A stretch of DNA of 64,000 nucleotides from Candidatus Poribacteria bacterium. GTDB lineage: Bacteria; Poribacteria; WGA-4E; WGA-3G. The first letter of the stretch is position 1, and every line of letters starts with the position of its first letter. Shown here piece by piece: positions 9,730-18,354 of the stretch. A program made the position numbers and the translations under genes. Below the pieces are notes generated by a model. It ran no database searches and was not told the origin of the DNA. It saw only the letters and a program-made list of their open reading frames with translations. Location: the NCBI GenBank assembly GCA_965242965.1, contig OZ251518.1:992001-1056000 (forward strand), given 5' to 3'.

Positions 9730-9932
9730 TTTACGTAGGGCGAGGGCCTGTCCCTCGCCATGCAGCGATCGCGGGGGACAGGCCCCCGCGCTACGTTTCT
9801 TCATTGCGATCGCGGGGGACAGGCCCCCGCGCTACGGTAACGGGCGGTTTTCTTCACGTTCGCGGGGGAAACCCGCTCGGATGCGCGTGTGGCATCCGAG
9901 GGCCCCCGCGCTACGGTAACGGGCGGTTTTCT
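9730..9932. repeat. REP-like palindrome cluster
   Basis: Multiple cgcgggggacaggcccccgcgctacg copies and a variant with the ctcggatgcgcgtgtggcatccgag insert. Confidence 0.85.
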
Positions 9933-9933
9933 T

Positions 9934-10800
9934 CTATTCTCCCCATCGTTGGGGGCCGGGACCGGGTTGATGTTCATCACGGATACGCTTAAATTCTGCA
10001 GGCGAAGTGATGGCGGCTTCGGGTTGCTTCCGGCTGCGCGCGAGGAAGCCTGCTTCGGGTTGATACCCAGTCGGTTTGGAAGCGTCCTGATAGCGCGCGT
10101 CAACACTCCATCGAACCTGATTGCTGACGTTCGGGATGGAACGATGCGGTGTCAGATTCGTGAATAGTAGCACACTGCCAAAGTCAACAGGAACGATTAC
10201 GGGTTCCACATCGGGTAGCGCATCCGGCGGAATGTCCAGATAAGGCTTGCCTTCGAGGCGGCGGTGCCGGAAAACGCCGTCGCGATGCGCATGCGGAATG
10301 ACTTCCAGGCATCCGTTTTCTACCGTAGCATCGATGAGCGGAATCCAAATCGTAAGTTGCAACACCGTATCGCACGCCGGTTCCATATAACCTGCGTCTT
10401 GGTGCCACGGGACGAGCGTTCTGTCGTGTTCCGGGAGTTTTGGACGGACGCGATATGCGGGGTGACACATAATCTCAGGGCCGACAAGCGACTCGGCGAT
10501 GTCCAATAGTTTTGAATTGACGAGTAAATCGAAGAGGGCAGGCCCCGTGTGCGCGCCGCTGAACAACTTCTGGAATACCACGGGTGATTGTTCCGTGATT
10601 TTCGCCAAGCGGGTATCAAACCCTTCCGTTTCAAACGGAGCGTCTAGTTTGCCGTTTTTATGGAGTTGTGTCGCGAATGTGTCGACAATCTCCTCGAATT
10701 CGGCGATGAGCGGGTTCAGATCTTCGGATGCAAGGGCGTTTTCTACGAGGAGATAGCCGTTGTCGTTGAAATTCTGGATTTGGGTATTGCTTAAGATCAT
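9934..10800 (-). CDS. Phytanoyl-CoA dioxygenase (PhyH) family protein
   Basis: F..NGYL, WHQD, NGCLEV, distal H (TPHRS). ATG 10800 overlaps the VOC stop. Confidence 0.9.
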   Translation of the reverse strand: MILSNTQIQNFNDNGYLLVENALASEDLNPLIAEFEEIVDTFATQLHKNGKLDAPFETEGFDTRLAKITEQSPVVFQKLFSGAHTGPALFDLLVNSKLLDIAESLVGPEIMCHPAYRVRPKLPEHDRTLVPWHQDAGYMEPACDTVLQLTIWIPLIDATVENGCLEVIPHAHRDGVFRHRRLEGKPYLDIPPDALPDVEPVIVPVDFGSVLLFTNLTPHRSIPNVSNQVRWSVDARYQDASKPTGYQPEAGFLARSRKQPEAAITSPAEFKRIRDEHQPGPGPQRWGE

Positions 10801-11141
10801 AATTGCACCAATTCGATGAGGATGCCGTCCGGGGCTTTCGCGCAAACAACACCGGTAGCATCCGGGGCACTGATAGGTTTGGATAGAAATTCTACGCCGT
10901 TTCGTTTCAGGTTTTCCACCGTTGTTTCGATATCCTCTACAAAAAAGGTGAGCCAACGCACGCCTGCGGTGAACGCTTCGGTTGGCGTGGGCGGCGGCGA
11001 TGCGATGTCCATCAGTTTGATGAGCGTGTTGCCTGCCTTGAGGCGCGTCTGCCGAAAACCTGTAGGTGCGAGGCCAACTTCGGTTGCTAGCGTTTCGGGA
11101 ATTTCCAATTCTAATACAATCTCAAACCCTAACTTTTGGTG
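10797..11141 (-). pseudogene. VOC/glyoxalase gene, 3' part (IS-interrupted)
   Basis: HQKLGFE...WLTFFVEDIE...APDGILIELV. Joins in frame to 12623-12697. Confidence 0.9.
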
Positions 11142-11310
11142 TTGACATACTCCCTCACGCTGAAGCGGCGGGATGCTGATAGTTAGAATCCCCGCAGCGG
11201 GTGAGCGGATTGTGCAGTCTCGGAACAGGTGTGTTCCTGCGACGATTGCTGGCGATGGCCAGTCTGACATCGTCTAATACAAAGGTTGATGTCCCAACCT
11301 TGAGGATATT
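11142..11310 (-). ncRNA. Predicted TnpB omega-RNA (reRNA) scaffold; guide would be flanking CACCAAAAGTTAGGGTTTGA
   Basis: Position (tnpB 3' end to right-end TCAA) and several hairpins. The 5' boundary is approximate and inferred from known TnpB biology. Confidence 0.6.
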
Positions 11311-12435
11311 AATGGCGGCGTTCACGTCTCTGTCGTGTTTTCGCTTGCACCCCGAACACTGCCACTTGCGAACGTTCAGTTCTATCAGTGCATCGAGTTG
11401 TCCACAAACGGAACAGGTTTTAGATGTCGGTTCCCATCTGTCAATGTAGACAACCTGCTTGTCATGCTTCGCGGCTTGGTGTTTCATTTTCAGGTGAAAC
11501 GCATGCGGCGCGATGTCTGATACCTTGCGTCCCCAGAGGCGTTTCATACCTTCAAAGGTTAACGTCTCAAAGACAAGCGCGTCGTAAGTGAGCGCGAGGT
11601 GCTTTGCAAGTTTCCACTGATGGTCTTCACGTTGTCGGCGTATTTTCCGATGACACCTTGCAACGTCATGCCGCGCGCGTTCGCGGTTACCACTGCCTTT
11701 CTTTTTTGAGGACAGGGCGCGCTGCACTGTTGCAAGTTTGGATTGCGATTGCTGATAGAATTCAGGCGAGACGTGGCTCGTGCCATTGCTACAGGTGAAC
11801 ATCGTTTTGATGCCGAAGTCAAACCCTGCAGCATGACCTGTCTTGGGCGTAACTTCGGTTGCGACGTAGTCTGTAACAACGGAGAGATACACATCACCTA
11901 AACTGTCAACTTTCACGGTAACCGTTTTGACGTTTCCGCGTATCGGGCGCGAGAGATTAAATCGGTAGTGTTTACCCTTGATACGCACCCTATCGCCGTA
12001 AAATCCAATGTCGGGTTCGTTGACATCGTCCGGTGGCCAGTCACAAGCACCGCCACTGAATTTGTAGCCCGACGGTGACATCGTGAATGAGTAAGGTCTC
12101 TTCCACGATTTGAACTTCGGCGGCCGTTTGGCGATGCCGTTGAAAAACCGCTCGTATCCACGATGAAGACGCATTAGGATATCGCGCGCCGCCCAACTAT
12201 CTAGTTCGCGCCAGCGCGCGAAGAAGTCGGGGTGCGCGTTGCGGAGTATCGTAAACTCACGGGACATCGCGTGGAAGTTCATATACGGCAAGCCGAGCGA
12301 ATGACGCATACGCTGCCAGCCGAGAAAGTAGTTCCAAAGTTGGCGTGCCGTGTGCGTGTGTTCAACGAGATGTTTCAGCCGTTTGGAACGGAAAAGTTTG
12401 TATTTCGTCGTTTGCATTGTGTTACCCTGTGCCAT
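11155..12435 (-). CDS. tnpB: RNA-guided endonuclease TnpB
   Basis: HTH (ARQLWNYFL), PKFK, RuvC GFDFG / FETL / RDVNAA, Zn ribbon CSVC..CSGC. Start 12435 or 12417. Confidence 0.93.
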   Translation of the reverse strand: MAQGNTMQTTKYKLFRSKRLKHLVEHTHTARQLWNYFLGWQRMRHSLGLPYMNFHAMSREFTILRNAHPDFFARWRELDSWAARDILMRLHRGYERFFNGIAKRPPKFKSWKRPYSFTMSPSGYKFSGGACDWPPDDVNEPDIGFYGDRVRIKGKHYRFNLSRPIRGNVKTVTVKVDSLGDVYLSVVTDYVATEVTPKTGHAAGFDFGIKTMFTCSNGTSHVSPEFYQQSQSKLATVQRALSSKKKGSGNRERARHDVARCHRKIRRQREDHQWKLAKHLALTYDALVFETLTFEGMKRLWGRKVSDIAPHAFHLKMKHQAAKHDKQVVYIDRWEPTSKTCSVCGQLDALIELNVRKWQCSGCKRKHDRDVNAAINILKVGTSTFVLDDVRLAIASNRRRNTPVPRLHNPLTRCGDSNYQHPAASA

Positions 12436-12519
12436 GTGATGCCCGTTTTCTAAATCGGGTGGCGAGAGCGGCGGCACGAGCGTGCCGTTAGAAAATCTCT
12501 CGCCCACACGGTAACACAC

Positions 12520-12548
12520 ATTATACGCAATTCGACATGAAAAGTCAA
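12520..12548 (-). promoter_or_regulatory. sigma70 promoter inside IS driving tnpB
   Basis: TTGACT-N17-TATAAT on the minus strand. Confidence 0.8.
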
Positions 12549-12622
12549 TGTTAATCAACATGCCAACTCATTAGCGATTTCTACATCCCCAGAACAGCAT
12601 GGGGTTGAAATCGGGGAGTTCA

Positions 12623-12697
12623 ATAAAAGTTGAGGGATTCGGCGAAGTTACTACATGTAATGGCGATATCCACTGTAGGATGTGATAGGTTGAGCAC
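12623..12697 (-). pseudogene. VOC/glyoxalase gene, 5' part (25 codons)
   Basis: AAGGAG SD, then GTG: MLNLSHPTVDIAITCSNFAESLNFY, a typical VOC N-terminus. Confidence 0.9.
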
Positions 12698-12727
12698 GAG
12701 TTTTTATCTCCTTTGAGGATGTCGGGG

Positions 12728-14584
12728 TTACAACCCCCGCCTCCCGGGGATGCAGAAGATTGCTTCCCGAAATTGACCAAGGGGCCGCGCATCGTAGATG
12801 ATGTCTACCGGGATGACAATCCGTTCGGAATGTTCAACCTGCATCGCAGGGATGGGGATGGAAAAATCGATATGTCCATTCCTCTTCGGTGGAATGGTTG
12901 TTTCTGCGTGCCCGATTTCTATCTCCCACTCCGTTGGAAGAATCGGTTGTGCAATCGCGATACGCGGTTCAGACGAGTGATTCGTGATGTCCACGCGCAA
13001 TGCTGCAGTTTCTCCCGGTGCAACCTCTTGCTCATAAGGATAACAGCGTGCCCAATGTGCGTCCGTACCGTAGTTGGCGTGTTCCCAGGGGAAAAGCGCG
13101 GTATAGCATTTCTCGCGCTCGGCGAGGTTGCACAGCATCCACTCAATCTCTGCATCGGTAAAATTGAGAGCCGATTTGACGTGACAGTTGAACATGTGCG
13201 TCGGCTTGAGTTGTTGAATCAGGCGCAGACATTTTTCGTAACCGACACCTTCTCCTAACAGATTCCGATTGCCGGCGCAGTAATCGTCGATGCCTGCCAT
13301 GGTGAAAGAATCGCCAGCGAAGAACATCCGCACGTCGCGTCCTTCAACGAGCAGTCCGCCGTGATAGTAGGTTTGCCCCGGAAAATGGTATGCTGTCATC
13401 GTGAATTCGTTCCACTGCCACGAATCGCTGTCCTGTGTGGTTCTGTCAATTCGCGCGATAACAGGCGAGATGCAGGGAATCCTGAATCCTTTCGGGTTTT
13501 CAATGACTTCTGCCACCACTGCATCCGTGAGCGTTTCACAAGGAAAAATCTCCTGAAATTCGGGGATGGCATTGACGTGGTCATCGTGATAGTGCGTTAT
13601 CCAGAACTGCGTTACTTCTGAAATCTCGCGTTCGGCTTGCATCCGCTGAATCTGTTTGATAACGGCGGGCGCGCCGCAGTCCATCACGAACGCTTCACCT
13701 GTCTGGGAGATAATCAACCATGTTGTCCCGAAGTGTCGTAAGAATTCCGGCGGTGGTTTGCCTTCGCGAATTGGCATGTGGCCCGCGCGTCCCTCAAATT
13801 CGGTAAATAATTTTGGGAAGTAGTGCCGAAGTGCCGAGATAGCGACATATTTATCATAACATATCCCCAATTGCCGTTCAAGGTTATCTATTGCGCGCCC
13901 CGGGGTGTGCATCACGTTGCCGTGCGTTGGGATAAGTGCAGTTGGCTGGTTTTGGCGAATTTTCTCCAGACTCGCCATCACTTCTGTGCGTGCACCGAGG
14001 AACCCGTGGTAGCCGCCGATTTTCTGCGCGTTCACTTCTTCCGCTTTTTGGAGGCTATAGAGCTCCCAAAGTTTGCCATCGTCGTAAATCAGATCTCCGG
14101 AGAAGGCGAATCGTGCGTTATCAACATCGATGAGGTAGGTGACGCTTTCATCGGTGTGCCCCGGCGTTTCAAGCACACGAATTGTCGCGTCTCCCCACGC
14201 AAATTGTGAACCTTCGGTATAGGTATCCGTTACGCGGATGGAATTCGCAAGCATCAGGTGATGCGGCCGATAGTTATAGAGGTGCCAGCGGTGTTTTGCG
14301 TCGTTCCAGAACGTTTCTACCTTAGCGAACCACTGCTGTCCTTTCGCTGGCACACCGACGCGCGCATCGTTTGGTATCGGAAAACCGGCGACGTTATCGC
14401 GATGGTGGTGTGTAAATAGCACGTGCGCGACCTCGGCGATGTCCAATGCCGCGAGCGTCGTCTGCATCGCGCTTCCGCTCGGGTCGATGAGGAGCGCACG
14501 GTTTCCATCGCGGAGAATGCCGGTGTTGACATGTCCGTGATGAATGGAAAGATGTTGGCTGATTTGAGTCACACGGGTTTCCAT
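12728..14584 (-). CDS. MBL-fold metallo-hydrolase (two MBL domains)
   Basis: THHHRDN, TPGHT, FSGD, PTHG; second domain THYHDDH, FAGD. Confidence 0.88.
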   Translation of the reverse strand: METRVTQISQHLSIHHGHVNTGILRDGNRALLIDPSGSAMQTTLAALDIAEVAHVLFTHHHRDNVAGFPIPNDARVGVPAKGQQWFAKVETFWNDAKHRWHLYNYRPHHLMLANSIRVTDTYTEGSQFAWGDATIRVLETPGHTDESVTYLIDVDNARFAFSGDLIYDDGKLWELYSLQKAEEVNAQKIGGYHGFLGARTEVMASLEKIRQNQPTALIPTHGNVMHTPGRAIDNLERQLGICYDKYVAISALRHYFPKLFTEFEGRAGHMPIREGKPPPEFLRHFGTTWLIISQTGEAFVMDCGAPAVIKQIQRMQAEREISEVTQFWITHYHDDHVNAIPEFQEIFPCETLTDAVVAEVIENPKGFRIPCISPVIARIDRTTQDSDSWQWNEFTMTAYHFPGQTYYHGGLLVEGRDVRMFFAGDSFTMAGIDDYCAGNRNLLGEGVGYEKCLRLIQQLKPTHMFNCHVKSALNFTDAEIEWMLCNLAEREKCYTALFPWEHANYGTDAHWARCYPYEQEVAPGETAALRVDITNHSSEPRIAIAQPILPTEWEIEIGHAETTIPPKRNGHIDFSIPIPAMQVEHSERIVIPVDIIYDARPLGQFREAIFCIPGRRGL

Positions 14585-14731
14585 TGGGTATCCTCACTAA
14601 AAGTGTTTCCTGTCGTGCGTTCGTGAGTTGGCGGGGGACAGGCCCCCGCCCTACGTTCTCTGGGGTATTTGTGAGATGGCGGGGGACAGGCCCCCGCCCT
14701 ACGTTACCCCAGGGAATTTCGCATAATAGGT

Positions 14732-16120
14732 TTACGCTTCGGCGAACTGCGGACGGCCAAGGGCATCCGTTCGTCCTTGGCGTTTGTAGTGCGGGAGATG
14801 CCCACCTGCATCGGCGAGGATACGTTCCTGCGCGAGGGCAATCCGCGCTGCGCCTTGCGCGGCGATGTTGTCCTGACACGCGATGTCTGTCTCCAGATCG
14901 AACAGTCGAGTGTCGTTCTGGAAATCAACGCTGGAGAAATACCAGTTCCGCCGGTCTTTGTACCAGATAGAGTTGACATAACGACAGGTGAGATATTCCC
15001 GTGATTCAAAGCCGCTTTTTCCTTCAACGAGCGGCAGTAAACTCTGTCCTTCGATTTCGCCTGCAGGCGTGACACCACTCGCCGCCATCACGGTGGCAGG
15101 GACATCCAACGTATAGACGAACTCATCGCATGTCGTGCCGGCGTTGACACCGGCTGGATGGCGGACAATCATCGGGATGTCCATCGTGCCGGGATACATG
15201 AAGTTGGCGGGTTTGCCGGTGGCTTTGTCCGGATTCTCGGCGAAGTTCGTACCGTGGTCGCTGAGGAAAACGATGAGCGTGTTTTCCCGCAAACCGAGCC
15301 TGTCTATCGTGTCAACAAGTTTCCCAAACCACGTATCGACGAGGGTTACTAATCCTGCGTAGTTTGCCTTGACGCTAGGCAGGCGCGCCGTGAGTTCCTC
15401 GTCGGTGAGTGAACCGTAGGGGAGGTTGAGACAGATGGGCTCCCGGTCTTCGCGTTTCCCATATAAGTCGTAGTAGTGCAGGGGTGCTTCCCACGTTTCG
15501 TGCGGCGTGAAGCCGTCAACGTAGAGATAAAACGGCGTGTTCTGATGGTTATGCTCCACGAATTCAATCGCAGAGCGAAATAGCCTTGCGGCGGGCCACA
15601 TCTCTTCTGGCCGTTCGGGTTGAACGTTGACAAGATGCGCGCGGACGCGTTCTGGGTTGCCGCGATAGCGCGAAAGTAGTGCCGGGTCTGCGTGTGCAGT
15701 CCCGCGATACCGGTCTTCGGCTTGGCCGCGCACGAATTCCCACTGCCGGAAGCCGCGCGTGAAATTCATCCCTGGCACGAAATAGTGCGGTACATCGGCG
15801 AAGAAGCCGGTGTGGTAACCGTTCCGCACGAGGGATTCGGCGATGGCGGGTTCATCCGATGACATCGGTTGCCAGCCGGGGGTGTAGACGTTATCCCACG
15901 GCACGGGTGTATAGGTGCTGAAAGGGAAAGCGCGTCTACCGGTATGTAGTGTGCGGCGCGTCGGAATTGTTGGCAGGCATTCCGGGTGCGCGTTCGTAAA
16001 ACGGACGCTCTGTTCGGCGAACCGTGCCAAGTTCGGCGTATGGATCCAATCGTTACCGTAAGGGCTGAGATACGCCGTGCGAAGTGTGTCTGAAACGACG
16101 ACGACAATGTTCCAGTTCAT
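14732..16120 (-). CDS. Sulfatase-like hydrolase (alkaline phosphatase superfamily)
   Basis: NIVVVVSDTLR, TPNL, PTIPTR..LHTG, SDHG. Confidence 0.88.
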   Translation of the reverse strand: MNWNIVVVVSDTLRTAYLSPYGNDWIHTPNLARFAEQSVRFTNAHPECLPTIPTRRTLHTGRRAFPFSTYTPVPWDNVYTPGWQPMSSDEPAIAESLVRNGYHTGFFADVPHYFVPGMNFTRGFRQWEFVRGQAEDRYRGTAHADPALLSRYRGNPERVRAHLVNVQPERPEEMWPAARLFRSAIEFVEHNHQNTPFYLYVDGFTPHETWEAPLHYYDLYGKREDREPICLNLPYGSLTDEELTARLPSVKANYAGLVTLVDTWFGKLVDTIDRLGLRENTLIVFLSDHGTNFAENPDKATGKPANFMYPGTMDIPMIVRHPAGVNAGTTCDEFVYTLDVPATVMAASGVTPAGEIEGQSLLPLVEGKSGFESREYLTCRYVNSIWYKDRRNWYFSSVDFQNDTRLFDLETDIACQDNIAAQGAARIALAQERILADAGGHLPHYKRQGRTDALGRPQFAEA

Positions 16121-16141
16121 AAAGTTGTCCTCCTTTGTGTC

Positions 16142-16441
16142 CTAAGCCGTATAATCAAAAACTAGGACATCCTCAACGAGGGGCCGAATGTGTTCGCCTG
16201 CGACTTGACGGTGATGCGGGTGCGGGAGATAGGCATCGCGCGCCGCTTCATCGGCGAATCTGACGATGAAGCCGTAACTATAGCCTTGGCTTTTGCCTTC
16301 CGGGCTGTTGTTCGTGCCGGCGGTTATCGATGCGATGCCGGGAATTTCAGCAGCCATACCGTGCAGCGCATCGGATAACGTTTCCAGTTGCGCCGCCGTA
16401 ATGCCATCTTTCAGTTTGAGTAAGACGATGTGTTCTACCAT
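16142..16441 (-). CDS. Dabb (stress-responsive A/B barrel) protein
   Basis: HIVLLK, IPGI, AYLPHPHH, VLVFDY. Confidence 0.9.
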   Translation of the reverse strand: MVEHIVLLKLKDGITAAQLETLSDALHGMAAEIPGIASITAGTNNSPEGKSQGYSYGFIVRFADEAARDAYLPHPHHRQVAGEHIRPLVEDVLVFDYTA

Positions 16442-16562
16442 AGCGGTTCCTTCCTGAATAAAAATTTTGTGGAAATTGAGACACGTTTGTGATATACTTC
16501 TAAGTATCGCATAATTCACGTTTTTTATCAAGTAATTTGATTTAACAAAAGGAGATTAGAAA

Positions 16563-17147
16563 ATGAAATCGATTGCTATTTGGACCTTCGTATTGATGGC
16601 TGCCACCTTGTTCACCGTTTTCAACGCGGAACCGGTGGAGGTCACCGATATAGAGGACAACAAAGGCGGCATCTACGCCGCCGTGGAATTAGAAGAAGGC
16701 GGGAAATTTTTCCACGACCGGGATTATACGATTACGCACATCCCGGAGGAATTTCTCGGTTTAACCCAGGTCTCTACGTCAGCCGACTGTCCGGGAGGAC
16801 AGGATTACAAGTTGACGTTTGATATCGACCGGCCGGCGTATGTCTATACGGCGTGGGACAGTCGGCATACGCGTCCGGAAGAACGGGGACAAGATCCGAA
16901 GGATTGGTTCACGGATGCCTATACCGATACCGGGGAGACGCTGTTCCTCGATGCGCCGCATGATCCGACGGAGTATTTTATCTACAAATCCAACGAACCG
17001 TTTGAAGGAACGGTGGAGTTACTCGGCATCGACGAAGTCATCGGCGATCCGGTGATTATGTGGACTATCTTCGTTGAAGAAGGGACTTTGCCGGTGGATG
17101 CGGAGGGGAATTTAACGACGACGTGGGGACAGGTTAAGTCGCGTTAG
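16563..17147 (+). CDS. Secreted hypothetical protein with C-terminal TTTWG tail
   Basis: Signal peptide, AGGAG SD, acidic body, ends LPVDAEGNLTTTWGQVKSR. Confidence 0.85.
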   Translation: MKSIAIWTFVLMAATLFTVFNAEPVEVTDIEDNKGGIYAAVELEEGGKFFHDRDYTITHIPEEFLGLTQVSTSADCPGGQDYKLTFDIDRPAYVYTAWDSRHTRPEERGQDPKDWFTDAYTDTGETLFLDAPHDPTEYFIYKSNEPFEGTVELLGIDEVIGDPVIMWTIFVEEGTLPVDAEGNLTTTWGQVKSR

Positions 17148-17167
17148 CGCGTCCGCGTCATTACGAG

Positions 17168-17228
17168 GTTGCGGGTGGATTTTTCGGTGGGATGCGATAC
17201 CATCGGAAGATCTGCCCGCGCTGCAACT
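17168..17228. terminator. Long stem-loop after the secreted gene
   Basis: gcgggtggatttttcggtgg...ccatcggaagatctgcccgc inverted repeat; no clear U tract. Confidence 0.4.
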
Positions 17229-17250
17229 ACCTATTTGATAGGCCATAGAT

Positions 17251-18339
17251 ATGAAATTCACATCAATCGGTGAGACTCCCGCCTTGTTTGGGTTAACTCA
17301 ATCGAACGCAAACAAGGACTTCACGCAAGCGGCTGCCTGGGGGAAGAACAGTTTTAACAACTGTTTCCCCGTTGCTCTCTTATGCTACATGCAGCACCAA
17401 CATATCGCGCCGGTTTACTTGGCATTGGATGAAAATGGGGAGGTTGTCCATCAGAAAATTGCGGCAACTTCACTTTTTGGTATAGCGTATGATTCGACGC
17501 ACATTTTCTTTGCTTTTGAGTATACTTATGGACAAAACCAGCGGTTTGTCAAAGGGACTTTGCCTCGCATCGATCTTGTCGTTATGGATCAAAGTCCTAA
17601 TGCTGTGAATCCTTGGCTTCGCGCGCTTGAGATTAAACTGACAGCGTTGCCTGATAATTCAACGTGTCAGCTTTCCGAAGCAGAATATGGGTGTGAACTA
17701 GTCGCGCGTCCCAATACGATTGTCCATCTCACGCTTGAAATTGTGAGCGGATATGCTGAACAGCGACGCGAACTTTTAGATCGGTTACATCCTATTTCTG
17801 AACCCTGTTTCGATTGGGAATCAGAAGAGAATCTATTGGAATGGATGCCAGATATTCTCGAAAGGCTGCGGGAGTTGCTTCTTGCGAAAGTGGAGAATCA
17901 GACACCGTTAGTCGTCCAACCGATTTGGAAGACTATCGGGAAATCGCCTCGATTGCATGAGAACTGCTTGGATGTTTTCGTGTGGAGTGCGTCCGCTTTT
18001 GCAAAGTTGCTCCTAGATGCGGCAGAACAGCGTAATGCGACAAGACTATCACGAGCGCGACGTTCAGTTTTGTGGATGATGAAGATGCTCGTTGATTTCG
18101 CCCAAGAGGGGAAAATTGACCCGGGTACTGTGAGCGTGGGGTTTTCGCGACAAACTGACAAAGCGTTTGCGTTAAGTGGGAGGAAAACGCATCCTTATAT
18201 GGCGTGTGCCGAACTTTCACACCCGCGCGTCCGAAAAACGGAGATTCAACAGATTATCTTGGGACACGGAGAGAAGTTGCTCAGTCCCGAACGGCGGTTT
18301 GATGCGATTCTTGCGAATTCGCCGGAACTTTTCACATGA
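17251..18339 (+). CDS. Type II restriction endonuclease, HindVP family
   Basis: WGKNSFN, EIKLTALPDNST, QPIWKT, QTDKAFA, LLSPERRFDA. Adjacent to a C5 MTase. Confidence 0.85.
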   Translation: MKFTSIGETPALFGLTQSNANKDFTQAAAWGKNSFNNCFPVALLCYMQHQHIAPVYLALDENGEVVHQKIAATSLFGIAYDSTHIFFAFEYTYGQNQRFVKGTLPRIDLVVMDQSPNAVNPWLRALEIKLTALPDNSTCQLSEAEYGCELVARPNTIVHLTLEIVSGYAEQRRELLDRLHPISEPCFDWESEENLLEWMPDILERLRELLLAKVENQTPLVVQPIWKTIGKSPRLHENCLDVFVWSASAFAKLLLDAAEQRNATRLSRARRSVLWMMKMLVDFAQEGKIDPGTVSVGFSRQTDKAFALSGRKTHPYMACAELSHPRVRKTEIQQIILGHGEKLLSPERRFDAILANSPELFT

Positions 18340-18354
18340 GAAAAGGAACAGCAA

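Larger units (their letters stand above)
11142..12622 (-). mobile_element. IS200/IS605-family (IS1341-like, tnpB-only) element
   Basis: Inserted 3' of TTTAT with no TSD. The right end is hairpin + GTATGTCAA. The left end has a CGATTTC..CCCC/GGGG..GAAATCG hairpin. Removal restores the VOC frame exactly. Confidence 0.92.

Noticed and set aside
11142-12622. IStron (group I intron + tnpB) that could splice and restore the VOC mRNA
   Set aside because: The element ends in TCAA, not an omega-G. Under 200 nt precede tnpB, including a promoter, leaving no room for a group I core.
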